Shown: positions 38,861 to 51,272, numbered from the stretch's first letter. The stretch is DNA of 64,000 bases from Gemmatimonadales bacterium (GCA_035518815.1 DATIXG010000139.1:1206-65205), one strand, 5' to 3'. Notes: generated from the sequence alone by a model not told the origin. Program-made: numbers and translations.

Positions 38861-40341
38861 CGAGGCTTGACGGTGGTGATGAACCGCTGCGCCGACGGCT
38901 CCAAGCGCTCGAGGAAGGGCTTCGGATACACGCCGATCCACAGGATGCACGCGAGCAAGGGCAGCAGCACGGCCAGCTCGCGCGGCGTGAGATCGAGCAG
39001 CCTTTCGTTCTCCGGCTTGTCGAGCGGGTTGTAGATCAGCCGCTGCACGGCCCAGAGGAGGTACGCGGCGGCTACGATCACGCCCAGCGTCGCCACGGTG
39101 GTCGCGACCGGGTACGTCTGGAAGGCACCCAGCAGCACGAGGAACTCGCCCGTGAACCCGTTCGTGCCCGGGAGGCCGATGGACGAGAGCGAGGCCATCG
39201 TCAGGACGGCGGCGAAGAGGGGCACCACCCGCGCGATGCCGCCGTACGCCGCGATGAGACGGCTATGCCGCCGCTCGTACAGCATGCCCACGAGAAAGAA
39301 CAGCGCGCCGGTCGATATCCCGTGGCTGATCATCACGAGCAGCGCGCCCGTGACGCTCTGGACCGTGAGCGCCCAGATCCCGAGCATCACGAATCCGAGG
39401 TGGGCCACCGAGGAATACGCAATGAGGCGCTTGAAGTCCGGCTGCACCATGGCGACAAGGCCGCCGTAGATGATGCCGACGAGCGAGAGCCCGACGATCG
39501 CCGTCTGGACCGCGGGGTGCAGTGCCACGGCCGGGAAGAACGGGAACGCGAACCGCAGGAAGCCGTACGTGCCCATCTTCAGGAGAATGCCGGCCAGGAT
39601 CACCGACCCTGCCGTGGGCGCCTCCGTGTGCGCGTCGGGCAGCCACGTGTGGAACGGGAAGACCGGAACCTTGATGGCGAAGGCGAGGAAGAAGGCGCCG
39701 AACAGCCAGTAGGCGGCCGGGCCCAGGTCTCCCAATCCGCTCATCACGTGATCGTAGGAGAACGAGTACACGCCCGTCTTCTGCCACACGACGTGCACGA
39801 GGGCCAGGATAGCGAGCAGCATCAGCAGCGAGCCGAGCATGGTGTAGACGAAGAACTTGATCGCGGCATACAGCCGCTGCTCTCCGCCCCACACCCCGAT
39901 GATGAAGTACATCGGGATCAGCATCACTTCCCACATGACGTAGAAGAGGAACAGGTCGAGCGCCACGAAGACGCCCACCATGCCCGAGGTCAGCACCAGG
40001 AGCAGCGCGTAGTAGGGCCGCTCGCGCGTCGTGATGTAGGAGTAGCTCCCCAGCACCGACAGCGGCACGAGCAGCGTGGTGAGCAGAACGAGGAACAGCG
40101 AGATCCCGTCCACGCCCACCGTGTAGCGGATCCCCCAGTCGGGCATCCAGGGCGCATCGAACGGGAATTGCATGCCGCCGCTCGGCACGAACGTCCACCA
40201 CATGGGAATGGAGATCGCGAATTCCATGAGCGACCAGGCGAGCGCGAGGTGCTTGGCCCAGCGCGGCGGTGCCAGCAGCACGGCGACCGCCCCGGCGGCG
40301 GGCCACGCGAGCAGCGCGGTGAGGACCCAGTGCTGGTACAC
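38857..40341 (-). CDS. nuoM: NADH-quinone oxidoreductase subunit M
   Basis: 494 aa. GTG start lies 2 nt after the nuoL stop. Motifs FYVMWEVMLIPMYFIIGVWGG and PFHTWLPDAHTEAPTAGSVILAG. Confidence 0.92.
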   Translation of the reverse strand: MYQHWVLTALLAWPAAGAVAVLLAPPRWAKHLALAWSLMEFAISIPMWWTFVPSGGMQFPFDAPWMPDWGIRYTVGVDGISLFLVLLTTLLVPLSVLGSYSYITTRERPYYALLLVLTSGMVGVFVALDLFLFYVMWEVMLIPMYFIIGVWGGEQRLYAAIKFFVYTMLGSLLMLLAILALVHVVWQKTGVYSFSYDHVMSGLGDLGPAAYWLFGAFFLAFAIKVPVFPFHTWLPDAHTEAPTAGSVILAGILLKMGTYGFLRFAFPFFPAVALHPAVQTAIVGLSLVGIIYGGLVAMVQPDFKRLIAYSSVAHLGFVMLGIWALTVQSVTGALLVMISHGISTGALFFLVGMLYERRHSRLIAAYGGIARVVPLFAAVLTMASLSSIGLPGTNGFTGEFLVLLGAFQTYPVATTVATLGVIVAAAYLLWAVQRLIYNPLDKPENERLLDLTPRELAVLLPLLACILWIGVYPKPFLERLEPSAQRFITTVKPR

Positions 40342-40343
40342 GG

Positions 40344-42317
<1,974 letters not shown>

Positions 42318-42322
42318 GGCGC

Positions 42323-42619
42323 TCAGCCTTTGAGCAGGGTGATGTTCTGCAGGTTGACCGTCCGGCCGTGGCGGAAGATCGCGAGGATGATCGCCAGGCC
42401 CACGGCCGCTTCCGCCGCCGCCACCGCCATCACGAAGAACACGAAGATCTGTCCGGCGACACCGAGGGTCTGCGCGAGCGCGATGAAGGTGAGGTTCACG
42501 GCGTTGAGCATGAGCTCCACGCACATGAAGATCACGATGGCGTTGCGGCGGACCAGCACGCCGGCGACGCCGAGGGCGAACAGGACGGCCGAGACGGACA
42601 GGGCGGGACCGAGCAGCAT
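42323..42619 (-). CDS. nuoK: NADH-quinone oxidoreductase subunit K
   Basis: 98 aa with 3 TM helices. Contains [17 protein letters not shown]. The start shares 1 nt with the nuoJ stop. Confidence 0.9.
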   Translation of the reverse strand: MLLGPALSVSAVLFALGVAGVLVRRNAIVIFMCVELMLNAVNLTFIALAQTLGVAGQIFVFFVMAVAAAEAAVGLAIILAIFRHGRTVNLQNITLLKG

Positions 42620-43137
42620 CAGAGTTGACGCTTCGCGAGCACGACGGCGCCGACGATCGCCACGAGCAAGAGCACGCTCGTGATCTCGAAGGGGACGAGG
42701 TACGTGGTGAAGAGCGGCCGCGCCACGACGCCCACCATCCCCTCCGTCTGCTCGGCGAGGGCGAGTGGGCTCGCGCCGGCCGGGCTGCCGGGCGGCGCGC
42801 TCCGGGCGACGATGAACAGCTGGAGGCCCACCGCGCCGGCGAGCAGCGTGGCCACGGCGAGGCCCGCGGGCCCGCGGATGTCCGAGACGCTGTTCCGCCC
42901 CAGGTTGAGCAGCATGATTACGAAGAGGAACAGGACCATGATGGCCCCGGCATAGACCAGGACCTGCAGCACGGCGATGAACTGGGCGTCGAGCAGCACG
43001 AACAGCGCGGCGATCTGGAACATCGTCACCACGAGCCACAAGGCGCTCGCCACCGGATTGCGGCGCGTGATGCACAGCAACGCGCTCACCACGGCGACGC
43101 CGGCAAAGGCCCAGAACAGCAGCAGGGGAAGCGGCAC
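42619..43137 (-). CDS. nuoJ: NADH-quinone oxidoreductase subunit J
   Basis: 172 aa with a GTG start. Contains [21 protein letters not shown]. Confidence 0.88.
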   Translation of the reverse strand: MPLPLLLFWAFAGVAVVSALLCITRRNPVASALWLVVTMFQIAALFVLLDAQFIAVLQVLVYAGAIMVLFLFVIMLLNLGRNSVSDIRGPAGLAVATLLAGAVGLQLFIVARSAPPGSPAGASPLALAEQTEGMVGVVARPLFTTYLVPFEITSVLLLVAIVGAVVLAKRQL

Positions 43138-43140
43138 GCG

Positions 43141-43647
43141 CTATTCGCCCGCGGGATCCGAGGGATCCCACAGGGTCGAGACGGGGTGCGTTTGCGCGCA
43201 CAGGCGCTCGAGGTCGTACACGAACCGGTCCCGCGAGTACTCCGAGTTCTCGTAGTGCACGCCCACGTGAATCGCCTCTTCGGGGCAGACTTCCTGGCAG
43301 TAGCCGCAGAACACGCAGCGGAACTCGTCGATCTCGTAGATCAGGGGATAGCGGTTTCCCTGCTCGTCCTCTCCGGGCACGAGCTTGATGCAGTTCGCCG
43401 GGCAGATCTGCGGGCACAGCCCGCAGGCCACGCACTTGGCCCGGCCCTGCTCGTCCGTGAGCATGCGATGCGTGCCCCGCCAGCGCCCGGAGATCGTCCA
43501 GTCCTTGCTGCTCTTCTCCTCCGGATATTGCATCGTGACCTTCGGGCGGAAGATGTGCCGGAGCGTCAGCGCCATGCCCTTCAAGGTCGCCCGCACGTAC
43601 GACGTTTCGCGGACCGGCCGCTTCATGATCTTCACGCCGATCGTCAT
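43141..43647 (-). CDS. nuoI: NADH-quinone oxidoreductase subunit I
   Basis: 168 aa. Two 4Fe-4S motifs, [12 protein letters not shown] and [12 protein letters not shown]. Confidence 0.93.
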   Translation of the reverse strand: MTIGVKIMKRPVRETSYVRATLKGMALTLRHIFRPKVTMQYPEEKSSKDWTISGRWRGTHRMLTDEQGRAKCVACGLCPQICPANCIKLVPGEDEQGNRYPLIYEIDEFRCVFCGYCQEVCPEEAIHVGVHYENSEYSRDRFVYDLERLCAQTHPVSTLWDPSDPAGE

Positions 43648-44828
43648 CAGGCCGGCCCTTCCCGTCCGAGGCGGGCTTCGGAGCCCGCAATGAGGTTCCC
43701 GCGATCGAGCACGAGGAACAGGGGGATGGCGAGCGCCACGTTCAACCCGCACAGCGCGAGGGCGAACCGGGTGTCGTACGCCCAGCCCATACGCTCGTGC
43801 AGGACCCAGATGGCGGTCGCGAGCACCGTGAGATACGCGAGCGCGAGGGGCAGCATGACCTTCCACCCGAGCGCCATCAGCTGGTCGTAGCGAAACCGGG
43901 GCAGCGTCCAGCGCACCCAGATGTAGAGGAACAGAAAGAACGTCACCTTGAGCGCGAAGACGAGCATCGTGACCAGCGCCTTCACCACCGTCCAGGGGGG
44001 CGCATCGTCCCAGTGGGTGAAGGGAATGTCCCAGCCACCGAAGAAGAGCGTCGCCATCATCGCCGACGCCGTCACCATGTTCGCGTACTCCGCGATGTAG
44101 AACATGGAGAACTTCATCGCGCTGTACTCGGTGTGATACCCGGCGATCAACTCGCCCTCCGCCTCCGGGAGGTCGAAAGGCAACCGATTGGTCTCCGCGA
44201 ACGCCGCGACGGTGAAGATGAAATACGCGAGCCCGAGCGGAAACACGTTCCAGGTCAACAGCGACTGTTGCTGGCGGATCACGACCTCCGAGAGCGTGAC
44301 GTTCCCCGCGAGCAGGAGCACGGCGACGGAGCTCATACCCAGGGCGATCTCGTAGGAGATCATCTGCGCGGACGCGCGCAGGCCGCCCAGGAGGGAGTAC
44401 TTGTTGTTCGACGACCAGCCCGCGAGCACGATGCCGTACACGCCGAGCGAGCCGATCGCGAGGATGTAGAGGAAGCCGACAGGCAGATCCGCCACGATCA
44501 GCGGCACGTCGCCCCACGGCGTGGGGAGCGGCGTGCCGAACGGGATGACCGCGCTCGCCACGAGCGCCGGCACGAAGGCGATGGCGGGCGCCAGCATGAA
44601 AAGTGTGCGGTCGGCGTTTGCCGGGAGCGTCTCTTCCTTCAGCAGATTCTTGAGCCCGTCCGCCGCCGGCTGCAGCAACCCCTGCGGTCCGACCCGGTTG
44701 GGCCCCAGGCGATCCTGCATCCACGCGCAGATCCGCCGCTCCGCCAGCGTCAGCAGGGCGACCCCGACCATGATCACCGTGAAGACGAAGATGATCTTGG
44801 CGACCGACGCGATCAGGAAGAAGGTCAC
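43647..44828 (-). CDS. nuoH: NADH-quinone oxidoreductase subunit H
   Basis: 393 aa from GTG 44828, which overlaps the nuoG stop (GTGA). Motifs [21 protein letters not shown] and [21 protein letters not shown]. Confidence 0.92.
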   Translation of the reverse strand: MTFFLIASVAKIIFVFTVIMVGVALLTLAERRICAWMQDRLGPNRVGPQGLLQPAADGLKNLLKEETLPANADRTLFMLAPAIAFVPALVASAVIPFGTPLPTPWGDVPLIVADLPVGFLYILAIGSLGVYGIVLAGWSSNNKYSLLGGLRASAQMISYEIALGMSSVAVLLLAGNVTLSEVVIRQQQSLLTWNVFPLGLAYFIFTVAAFAETNRLPFDLPEAEGELIAGYHTEYSAMKFSMFYIAEYANMVTASAMMATLFFGGWDIPFTHWDDAPPWTVVKALVTMLVFALKVTFFLFLYIWVRWTLPRFRYDQLMALGWKVMLPLALAYLTVLATAIWVLHERMGWAYDTRFALALCGLNVALAIPLFLVLDRGNLIAGSEARLGREGPA

Positions 44829-46405
44829 GCGGGCACCCGGGCGCCATCCCGGCTCGCGACCTCGCCGCCGAAGCCCAGGCGGGCGTAGCTCAGGCCCTGG
44901 AAGGCGTCCACGGTTCGCGCCATCCGGTCGAAGGCGTCCGAGGCGCTGTCGGGCGCCGCTTCCCCACCCGCGAGCAGCGCCACCAGCTCGCTCAGCACCC
45001 ACCACGCGGGCTGCGCCATGCCCGGCGCCGGCTTGGCCGGCGCGTAGCGCTGCACCCGCCCGTCGCGATTGACGAACGTGCCCTCTTCCTCCGCGACGTT
45101 GGCCGTCGGGAGAACGACCTCGGCGGCGCGCAGCGACGGGTCGGCGTCGTCCGGGAGCACGGTGCCGAGATAGAGCAGCGCCCCCGCGGTCCGCAGCGCG
45201 ATGCGCGGCTCGTCGAGCACGAGGACGACGGCCGCGCGCTCGGCGGCCTCGAGGGCAGCGGCGTAGTCGCGGGTATAGCCGAGCAGCTCCGCGCCGCGCA
45301 CGTTCGGCGCCCGCTCGGCGCGGAGCGCGAGATTGGGCACCCCTGCAAGCGGCGCCTCATCGCCCATCACGACCTGGAACGCCCCGCGCCACTCGAACCG
45401 GTTCAGGAGCTCGCGCGCGAGGAACAGCGCCTCGGTCGAGGCGCCCGGCGAAACGAGAGCCACGGCGCGACCCGCCGCGCCGCGCAGGATTCCCGCCGCG
45501 CGCTCGAGCGCCTCGTCCCAGCCCACCGCGCGATGCCCGCCGTCGGGGGCCCGCACGAGCGGCGCCTCCACCCGGTCGCCACGGTTCATCCAGCGGTAGT
45601 GCATCCGCCCGTGGTCGCACATGAAGTAGCGGTTGACCGCGAGATTGGGGCGCGGACGCACCCGCACCACCACGCTCTGCCGCGCGTCCAGCGTCACGTT
45701 GCACCCTTGCGAGCACCCCGTGCAGACCGACGCGGTCTTGTCGAGCTCCCACGCGCGCGCCTTGTGCAGAAAATCCTTGGACAGGAGCGACCCGACCGGG
45801 CAGAGATCCACCACGTTGCCGCCCCAGGGATGATCGAGCCGGGCGTCGGGATGGATGCCGATGAATGCGCGGTCGCCCCGCTCGGACACGTTCAGGACCG
45901 GTTCCTTGGCCACGTCCTCCATGAACCGGACGCAGCGCGTACAGAGGATGCACCGGTTCGGCACGTAGAGCACGTCGGGCCCGAAGTCTTCGACCGGGTT
46001 GAAGCGCTTGGCGAACTCGGGGCTGAAGCGCGACGCGGGCCGGCCTTCCTGGAACGTGAAGTCCTGCAGCTCGCACTCGCCCGCCTGGTCGCAGATGGGG
46101 CAGTCGAGCGGGTGATTGATCAGCAGCAGCTCGAGCACGCCCGTCCGGCCGGCCTTGGCCTGCGCGGACTGCGTATGGACGACCATGCCGTCGGTGACCT
46201 GCGTGTTGCAGGCGATCTGGAGCTTGGGCGTCTTTTCGATCTCGACCAGGCACATGCGGCACACGCCGGCGACCGGAAGCCCGGGGTGATAGCAGTAGTG
46301 CGGCACGAGGACGCCGGCCTGCTTGGCGGCCTCGATCACGAGCGTCCCCTTCGGAACGCTCACGGCCGCGCCGTCGATCGTCAGATGGACGAGCTCGTCC
46401 GTCAT
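44825..46405 (-). CDS. nuoG: NADH-quinone oxidoreductase subunit G (short form, 526 aa)
   Basis: 2Fe-2S motif in CYHPGLPVAGVCRMC. HPLDCPICDQAGECELQ, CILCTRCVRF and CPVGSL are present. The N7-like cluster is CTGCSQGC. The molybdopterin-like domain is short, and nuoH starts at its stop. Confidence 0.9.
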   Translation of the reverse strand: MTDELVHLTIDGAAVSVPKGTLVIEAAKQAGVLVPHYCYHPGLPVAGVCRMCLVEIEKTPKLQIACNTQVTDGMVVHTQSAQAKAGRTGVLELLLINHPLDCPICDQAGECELQDFTFQEGRPASRFSPEFAKRFNPVEDFGPDVLYVPNRCILCTRCVRFMEDVAKEPVLNVSERGDRAFIGIHPDARLDHPWGGNVVDLCPVGSLLSKDFLHKARAWELDKTASVCTGCSQGCNVTLDARQSVVVRVRPRPNLAVNRYFMCDHGRMHYRWMNRGDRVEAPLVRAPDGGHRAVGWDEALERAAGILRGAAGRAVALVSPGASTEALFLARELLNRFEWRGAFQVVMGDEAPLAGVPNLALRAERAPNVRGAELLGYTRDYAAALEAAERAAVVLVLDEPRIALRTAGALLYLGTVLPDDADPSLRAAEVVLPTANVAEEEGTFVNRDGRVQRYAPAKPAPGMAQPAWWVLSELVALLAGGEAAPDSASDAFDRMARTVDAFQGLSYARLGFGGEVASRDGARVPA

Positions 46406-47685
46406 TACGCGACCAGGACCGGGCGTCTCCGCCCCGCGATGTAGTCTTCGAACTCACCGCGGAACCGCTTGATGGCCGACACCACCGGCGCGGCGCAGGA
46501 ATCCGACAGCACGCAGATAGTCTTGCCGGTCATGTTCTCGGCGAGGTCGAGGAGGAGGTCCAGGTCCTGCATCTTGCCCTGGCCCGCGAGAATGCGCTCG
46601 AGAATCTTCGTGGTCCAGGCGGTGCCCTCGCGGCACTGCGTGCACTGCGAGCACGACTCGTGCGCGTAGAACCGGGCGAGGCGCATGGTCTGATAGACCA
46701 TGTCGGCCGTATCGTCGAATACGATCACGCCGCCCGAGCCGAGCATCGTGCCCTGCTGGACGCAGCCCTCGTAGTCGAGCAGGCAGCTCTCGACTTCCTC
46801 GCGGTTGAGCATCGGCACCGAGGAGCCGCCGGGGATGCAGGCCTTGAGGGTGCGTCCGGGGCGCATCCCGCCCGCCAGCTCGTGGATCAGGTCCTTCAAC
46901 GGGAAACCGAGGGTGACTTCGTAGTTGCCGGGCATCCGCACGTGGCCGCACACCGAGAAGAGCTTGGTGCCCGTGCTCTTGGGATTGGACATGCACATCG
47001 CCTTGTACCACGCCGCGCCCTCTTTCATGATGTGCGGCACGGCCGCGAGCGTCTCCACGTTGTTAATCGTGGTGGGCATGCCGAACACGCCGAAGGCCGC
47101 CGGGAACGGCGGCTTGATCCGCGGGTTGCCCCGCTTTCCCTCGAGGGAATTCATCAGCGCGGTTTCTTCGCCGCAGATGTAGGCGCCGGCCCCGCGATGC
47201 AGATGGATCTTGAAGTGGCCGAGGACCCCCGCGGCCTGCGCGTCCGCGAGGGCGCGTTCCATGACGGCGAGCGGCTCGGTGAACTCGCCGCGGATGTAGA
47301 TGTAACCCACCTCGGCCTGAATCGCGTGCATGGCGATGAGCGTGCCTTCGAGCAGCGCGTGCGGGGTCCAGCGCATGATCTCGCGGTCCTTGAAGGTGCC
47401 CGGCTCGGACTCGTCGGCGTTCACGCAGAGGTAGTGCGTCTTCTTCTTCTCCTTCGGCATGAACGACCACTTGAGTCCCGTGGGGAACCCGGCGCCGCCA
47501 CGGCCGCGCAACCCGGAATTCTTCACCTCGTCGATCACCGCGGCAGGACTCAGGGCGATGGCCTTCTTCAATCCCTCATAGCCGCCGCGCTTGACCCAGC
47601 CTTTGTAGGTGGGCGCCTCCGCGTCCCCGAAGTGCTTGGAGAGGACGAGCGTCTCACGGGCGTGCGGCTTGTGGGGAAATCCCAT
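46405..47685 (-). CDS. nuoF: NADH-quinone oxidoreductase subunit F
   Basis: 426 aa. FMN/NADH motifs GLRGRGGAGFPTGLKW and GAGAYICGEETAL. The N3 cluster is ESCSQCTQCREG. Confidence 0.95.
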   Translation of the reverse strand: MGFPHKPHARETLVLSKHFGDAEAPTYKGWVKRGGYEGLKKAIALSPAAVIDEVKNSGLRGRGGAGFPTGLKWSFMPKEKKKTHYLCVNADESEPGTFKDREIMRWTPHALLEGTLIAMHAIQAEVGYIYIRGEFTEPLAVMERALADAQAAGVLGHFKIHLHRGAGAYICGEETALMNSLEGKRGNPRIKPPFPAAFGVFGMPTTINNVETLAAVPHIMKEGAAWYKAMCMSNPKSTGTKLFSVCGHVRMPGNYEVTLGFPLKDLIHELAGGMRPGRTLKACIPGGSSVPMLNREEVESCLLDYEGCVQQGTMLGSGGVIVFDDTADMVYQTMRLARFYAHESCSQCTQCREGTAWTTKILERILAGQGKMQDLDLLLDLAENMTGKTICVLSDSCAAPVVSAIKRFRGEFEDYIAGRRRPVLVA

Positions 47686-47701
47686 CAGAGAATCTCAACG
47701 C

Positions 47702-47742
47702 GGAACGCGGAACGCGGAGCCGTCCATTCCGTTCCGCGTTCC
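47702..47742 (-). other. Strong intercistronic hairpin in the nuoE-nuoF spacer
   Basis: GGAACGCGGAACG (47702-47714) pairs perfectly with CGTTCCGCGTTCC (47730-47742), leaving a 15-nt loop. The left arm is part of a triple direct repeat of AACGCGG (47697-47717). Confidence 0.6.
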
Positions 47743-47767
47743 AACTTCCGTGTTTCGTGGTACCACC

Positions 47768-48298
47768 TCACCGATACCTCGCCAGAATCTCCGGCACCTG
47801 CTCCGGCGTCACACTCTCAATGAAGTCGTCGTTGATGAGGATCGGGGTCGCGAACCCGCAGGCGCCGAGGCATTCGACCTCGACCACGGTCCAGCGGTCG
47901 TCGGGGCTCGTGGCGCCGAGGTCTGTGGCACCGGTGTGGTCGAGCAGCGCCTTCACCACGTCCTCCGCGCCGCAGATGTTGCAGGGCGACGTCGTGCACA
48001 CCTGCACGAAGTACCGCCCCACGGGGTGCTGGTGGTACATCGTGTAGAACGTGATCACCCCGCGCACGTACGCCGGCGTCAGTCCCAGAATGTCCGCCAC
48101 TTCGACGATCGCGCGGTCGGAGACCCAGCCGTCGGCCTCCTGCGCGAGCCACAACGCGGGCAACAGGGCGGCCTGCTTCGTGGGGTAGCGCGTGAAGATC
48201 TGCTGGAGGCGCGCGAGCGTCTCCCCGGTGAAGATCCGCTCATCGGCGGCTCCGGCCGCGTGCGCCGCCGGCGCGGGCGTCATCGCGGGCCGGCTCAT
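47768..48298 (-). CDS. nuoE: NADH-quinone oxidoreductase subunit E
   Basis: 176 aa from ATG 48298, which overlaps the nuoD stop (ATGA). 2Fe-2S ligands lie in CTTSPCNICG and ECLGACGFA. Confidence 0.92.
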   Translation of the reverse strand: MSRPAMTPAPAAHAAGAADERIFTGETLARLQQIFTRYPTKQAALLPALWLAQEADGWVSDRAIVEVADILGLTPAYVRGVITFYTMYHQHPVGRYFVQVCTTSPCNICGAEDVVKALLDHTGATDLGATSPDDRWTVVEVECLGACGFATPILINDDFIESVTPEQVPEILARYR

Positions 48299-49566
48299 CG
48301 ATCCACCTCGCCCATCACGATGTCCACCGATGCATTGATCGCGATCAAGTCCGAGAGCAGATGGCCCTCGGCCATGCGCGGGAGCGCGGACAGGTTGATG
48401 AACGACGGCGGCCGGATGCGCCACCGCACGGGCTTGGCCGTCCCATCGGACACGAAGTAGTTGCCGAGCTCGCCCTTGGGGTTCTCGATCCCGACGTAGG
48501 CCTCGCCCACCGGCGCCTGCACGCCCTCCATCACCTGCTTGAAGTGATAGATCATGGCTTCCATGTCGCTCATCGCGCGCGTCTTGGAGGGGAGGATCAC
48601 GCGCGGGTCGGAGACATTGATCGGGCCATCGGGAAGCCGCGCCAAGGCCTGCTTGAGGATTCGGGTTGACTGGTGGCACTCCTCGAGGCGCACGAGATAC
48701 CGGTCGTACACGTCGCCGTGCTCGCCCACCGGGACGTCGAAGTCGTAGGTCTCGTAGTCGAGGTACGGCTTGTCTTTGCGCACGTCGTACGGGACGCCGC
48801 TCGCGCGCAGCATCGGTCCCGACAGCGAGCAGTCGATCGCCTCCGCCGCGGTGAGCACCCCGACGCCCTGGGTCCGTCCGGCCCACACGGCGTTGCGCGT
48901 GAGCACCCGGTCGATCTCGCTCAGCGTGTCGGGAAACGTGTCCGTGAACTCGCGCAGCGCCGCGGGGAATCGGTCCGGGATGTCGGCCATGAGACCGCCG
49001 ACGCGGGTGAGGCTCGTAGTGAGGCGGGCGCCCGTCCACATCTCCTGGAGGTTGTAGACGCGCTCGCGCTGCTGAAACGCCCACAGGAACGGCGTGAACG
49101 CGCCCAAATCGATGGACGTGGTGCCGAGCCACACCAGGTGTGAGATGATCCGGCTCAGCTCGCACGCGATGACCCGCAGGACCGTGCAGCGTGGCGTGAT
49201 TTCGATCCCCATGAGGCGCTCGGCCGCGAGCGCCACGCCGACGTTGTTCGACATTGGCGAGAGGTAGTCGGTGCGGTCGGAGAGCGGGACGATCTGATTG
49301 TAGTGCCGGTACTCGCCCAGCTTCTCGAACCCGGAATGCAGATACCCGATGTGCGGGATGACCCGCACGACGGTCTCGCCATCGAGCTCGACGACGAGGC
49401 GAAGCACGCCGTGCGTCGCCGGATGCTGGGGCCCGAGATTGATGAGCATGTGCTCGCCGCCCAGGTCGGGCGCCTCGTCGGCAACGCCGAGCGGGACGCG
49501 CACGGGCTGGCCCTGCGCGTCAACCCCGGGGGTCGCGAGGTTAAACTCGACGGTCCGGGTGCTCAT
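48295..49566 (-). CDS. nuoD: NADH-quinone oxidoreductase subunit D
   Basis: 423 aa. Motifs MLINLGPQHPATHGVLRL, HIGYLHSGFEK and a C-terminal MGEVDR. Confidence 0.95.
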   Translation of the reverse strand: MSTRTVEFNLATPGVDAQGQPVRVPLGVADEAPDLGGEHMLINLGPQHPATHGVLRLVVELDGETVVRVIPHIGYLHSGFEKLGEYRHYNQIVPLSDRTDYLSPMSNNVGVALAAERLMGIEITPRCTVLRVIACELSRIISHLVWLGTTSIDLGAFTPFLWAFQQRERVYNLQEMWTGARLTTSLTRVGGLMADIPDRFPAALREFTDTFPDTLSEIDRVLTRNAVWAGRTQGVGVLTAAEAIDCSLSGPMLRASGVPYDVRKDKPYLDYETYDFDVPVGEHGDVYDRYLVRLEECHQSTRILKQALARLPDGPINVSDPRVILPSKTRAMSDMEAMIYHFKQVMEGVQAPVGEAYVGIENPKGELGNYFVSDGTAKPVRWRIRPPSFINLSALPRMAEGHLLSDLIAINASVDIVMGEVDR

Positions 49567-50183
49567 TCGTCGCGCGACAGCTTGCCGCGCTCACCGCGCT
49601 GCAGACGTTCTTTCATGTCGGGCGGCAGGTCATCCTGCGCGTCGGCGATGGACAGCTCTTCGAGGGAATAGTGGGCCTCGGGGTTGGCCGCGAGCGCCTG
49701 GCGCACCTGTTCGGCGCGGCTGAACCGCCCTCGCAGCGGAAAATCCTTCCGCAACGGGTGCCCCTCGGCGTAGGTCTCCCACATCAGGATGCGGCGCAGG
49801 TCGGGGTGTCCGCGAAACGTGATCCCGAACAGGTCGAACACCTCGCGCTCGAGCCAGTTGGCGCCGCTCCAGAGCGGCGTCACCGAGTCCACGGTGAGAT
49901 CCGCGTCGGCGTCGAGCTCTACCTTCACGCGGAGATCCGCGCGGCGGTCGAGCGACCGGAGGAAGTACACGACCTCGAGGGGCAGCTCGCGGTCGCGATG
50001 CTCCACGGCGGTGACGTCGACCAGGTAGTGATAGGCCTGCCCCGGCGTGTCGCGGAGCCACTGCATGACGTCCCGCAACCCGTCGGCTCGCACGTATACA
50101 ACCGTCTCGCCGTCGCGCGCTACCGCGGCGCGGCCGATGGCGTTGCCGAAGGTCGCTCGCAAGGCGTCAACCGAAGGATTCAC
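49563..50183 (-). CDS. nuoC: NADH-quinone oxidoreductase subunit C
   Basis: 206 aa with a GTG start. Contains [26 protein letters not shown]. Has a charged C-terminal extension. Confidence 0.92.
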   Translation of the reverse strand: MNPSVDALRATFGNAIGRAAVARDGETVVYVRADGLRDVMQWLRDTPGQAYHYLVDVTAVEHRDRELPLEVVYFLRSLDRRADLRVKVELDADADLTVDSVTPLWSGANWLEREVFDLFGITFRGHPDLRRILMWETYAEGHPLRKDFPLRGRFSRAEQVRQALAANPEAHYSLEELSIADAQDDLPPDMKERLQRGERGKLSRDE

Positions 50184-50785
50184 GCGGACCGGAACTGGTG
50201 AACCGAGTTGCCGAAGGGCTCCGAGATAGTCTCGATCTCGTCGGGAGGGAGGCGGAGGCCGCTGTCGTCGAGCAGATGCTCCTCGCGGAGCGCGCGATCG
50301 CCGAGCGACTCACCCTTGATCTTCTTGTGGAGGAGCAGCACGCCGTACAACAGTCCTTCGGGCCGAGGCGGGCAGCCGGGGACGTACACGTCTACGGGAA
50401 CGACCGTGTCGATCCCCTGCACCATCGCGTAGTTGTCGAAGATGCCGCCGGTCGAAGCGCAGGCGCCCATCGAGATCACCCATTTGGGCTGCGGCATCTG
50501 GTCGTAGACGCGGCGAATCACCGGGGCGAGCTTGAACGGGAGGCGGCCGGCGCAAATCAGCACATCCGCCTGTCGCGGGCTGAACGCTTGTCGTTCCATG
50601 CCGAAACGGGCGAAGTCAAAACGGCTGGCCGCGGTCGCCATGAACTCGATCGCGCAGCACGCGGTCCCGAACGGCATGGGCCACAGCGAGTTCGCTCGCG
50701 CCCAGTTCACCAGGTCGTCGAGCCGCGCCAACATCCAGTTGGGGCTCTGGCCCGCGATCTCCTGGGTCTCCACGACGTGCTTCAT
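50180..50785 (-). CDS. nuoB: NADH-quinone oxidoreductase subunit B
   Basis: 201 aa. N2 cluster ligands lie in [18 protein letters not shown] and GCPPRPE. Confidence 0.95.
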   Translation of the reverse strand: MKHVVETQEIAGQSPNWMLARLDDLVNWARANSLWPMPFGTACCAIEFMATAASRFDFARFGMERQAFSPRQADVLICAGRLPFKLAPVIRRVYDQMPQPKWVISMGACASTGGIFDNYAMVQGIDTVVPVDVYVPGCPPRPEGLLYGVLLLHKKIKGESLGDRALREEHLLDDSGLRLPPDEIETISEPFGNSVHQFRSA

Positions 50786-50799
50786 TCCTTCTCAGTCCC

Positions 50800-51240
50800 T
50801 CACTCCCACTGGAACGCGCCACGGCGCCAGACGTAGATGTAGCCGACGAACAGGATGACCAGAAACACCAGCATCTCGACGAGCAGGAACCCCATCGTGG
50901 GTCCTGCGGCGGGCGCCGCCGCCAGCGCTGCCGCGCCCCCGCTCACCCCCGCCTCCCCACTCCCCAACCCCGAACCCCCAGCCGCGAAGTAGATGGCGCC
51001 CCAAGGGATGAGGAACACCGTCTCGATATCGAAGACGATGAACAGCATCGCGACCAGGTAGAACTTGACCGAAAACCGCTCGTGCGCGTCGCCCAAGGGC
51101 GGCATGCCGCTCTCGTAAGGCGCCTGCTTCAGGGGGGTCGGCCGAGTCGGCGCAGCGAGGTGCGACAGCACGATCAGCAGCGCGGCGTTCGCCGCAACGA
51201 ACGCCAGCAGCAACAGGAACGATACATACGGTTGATGCAT
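50800..51240 (-). CDS. nuoA: NADH-quinone oxidoreductase subunit A (with a Gly/Ala-rich loop insertion)
   Basis: 146 aa. Contains YESGMPP and FIVFDIETVFLIPW. An insertion of about 25 aa, AAGGSGLGSGEAGVSGGAAALAAAPAAGPT, precedes the last TM helix. Confidence 0.9.
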   Translation of the reverse strand: MHQPYVSFLLLLAFVAANAALLIVLSHLAAPTRPTPLKQAPYESGMPPLGDAHERFSVKFYLVAMLFIVFDIETVFLIPWGAIYFAAGGSGLGSGEAGVSGGAAALAAAPAAGPTMGFLLVEMLVFLVILFVGYIYVWRRGAFQWE

Positions 51241-51272
51241 GGGTTCGCGAAAAATTCGGGTTCGTAGCCGAA

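Noticed and set aside
51241-51270. tRNA-like GGGTTCG...GGGTTCG sequence
   Set aside because: No cloverleaf can be built and the flanks lack acceptor-stem complementarity. It is treated as part of the nuoA 5' leader. No tRNA or rRNA genes were recognised anywhere in the window.
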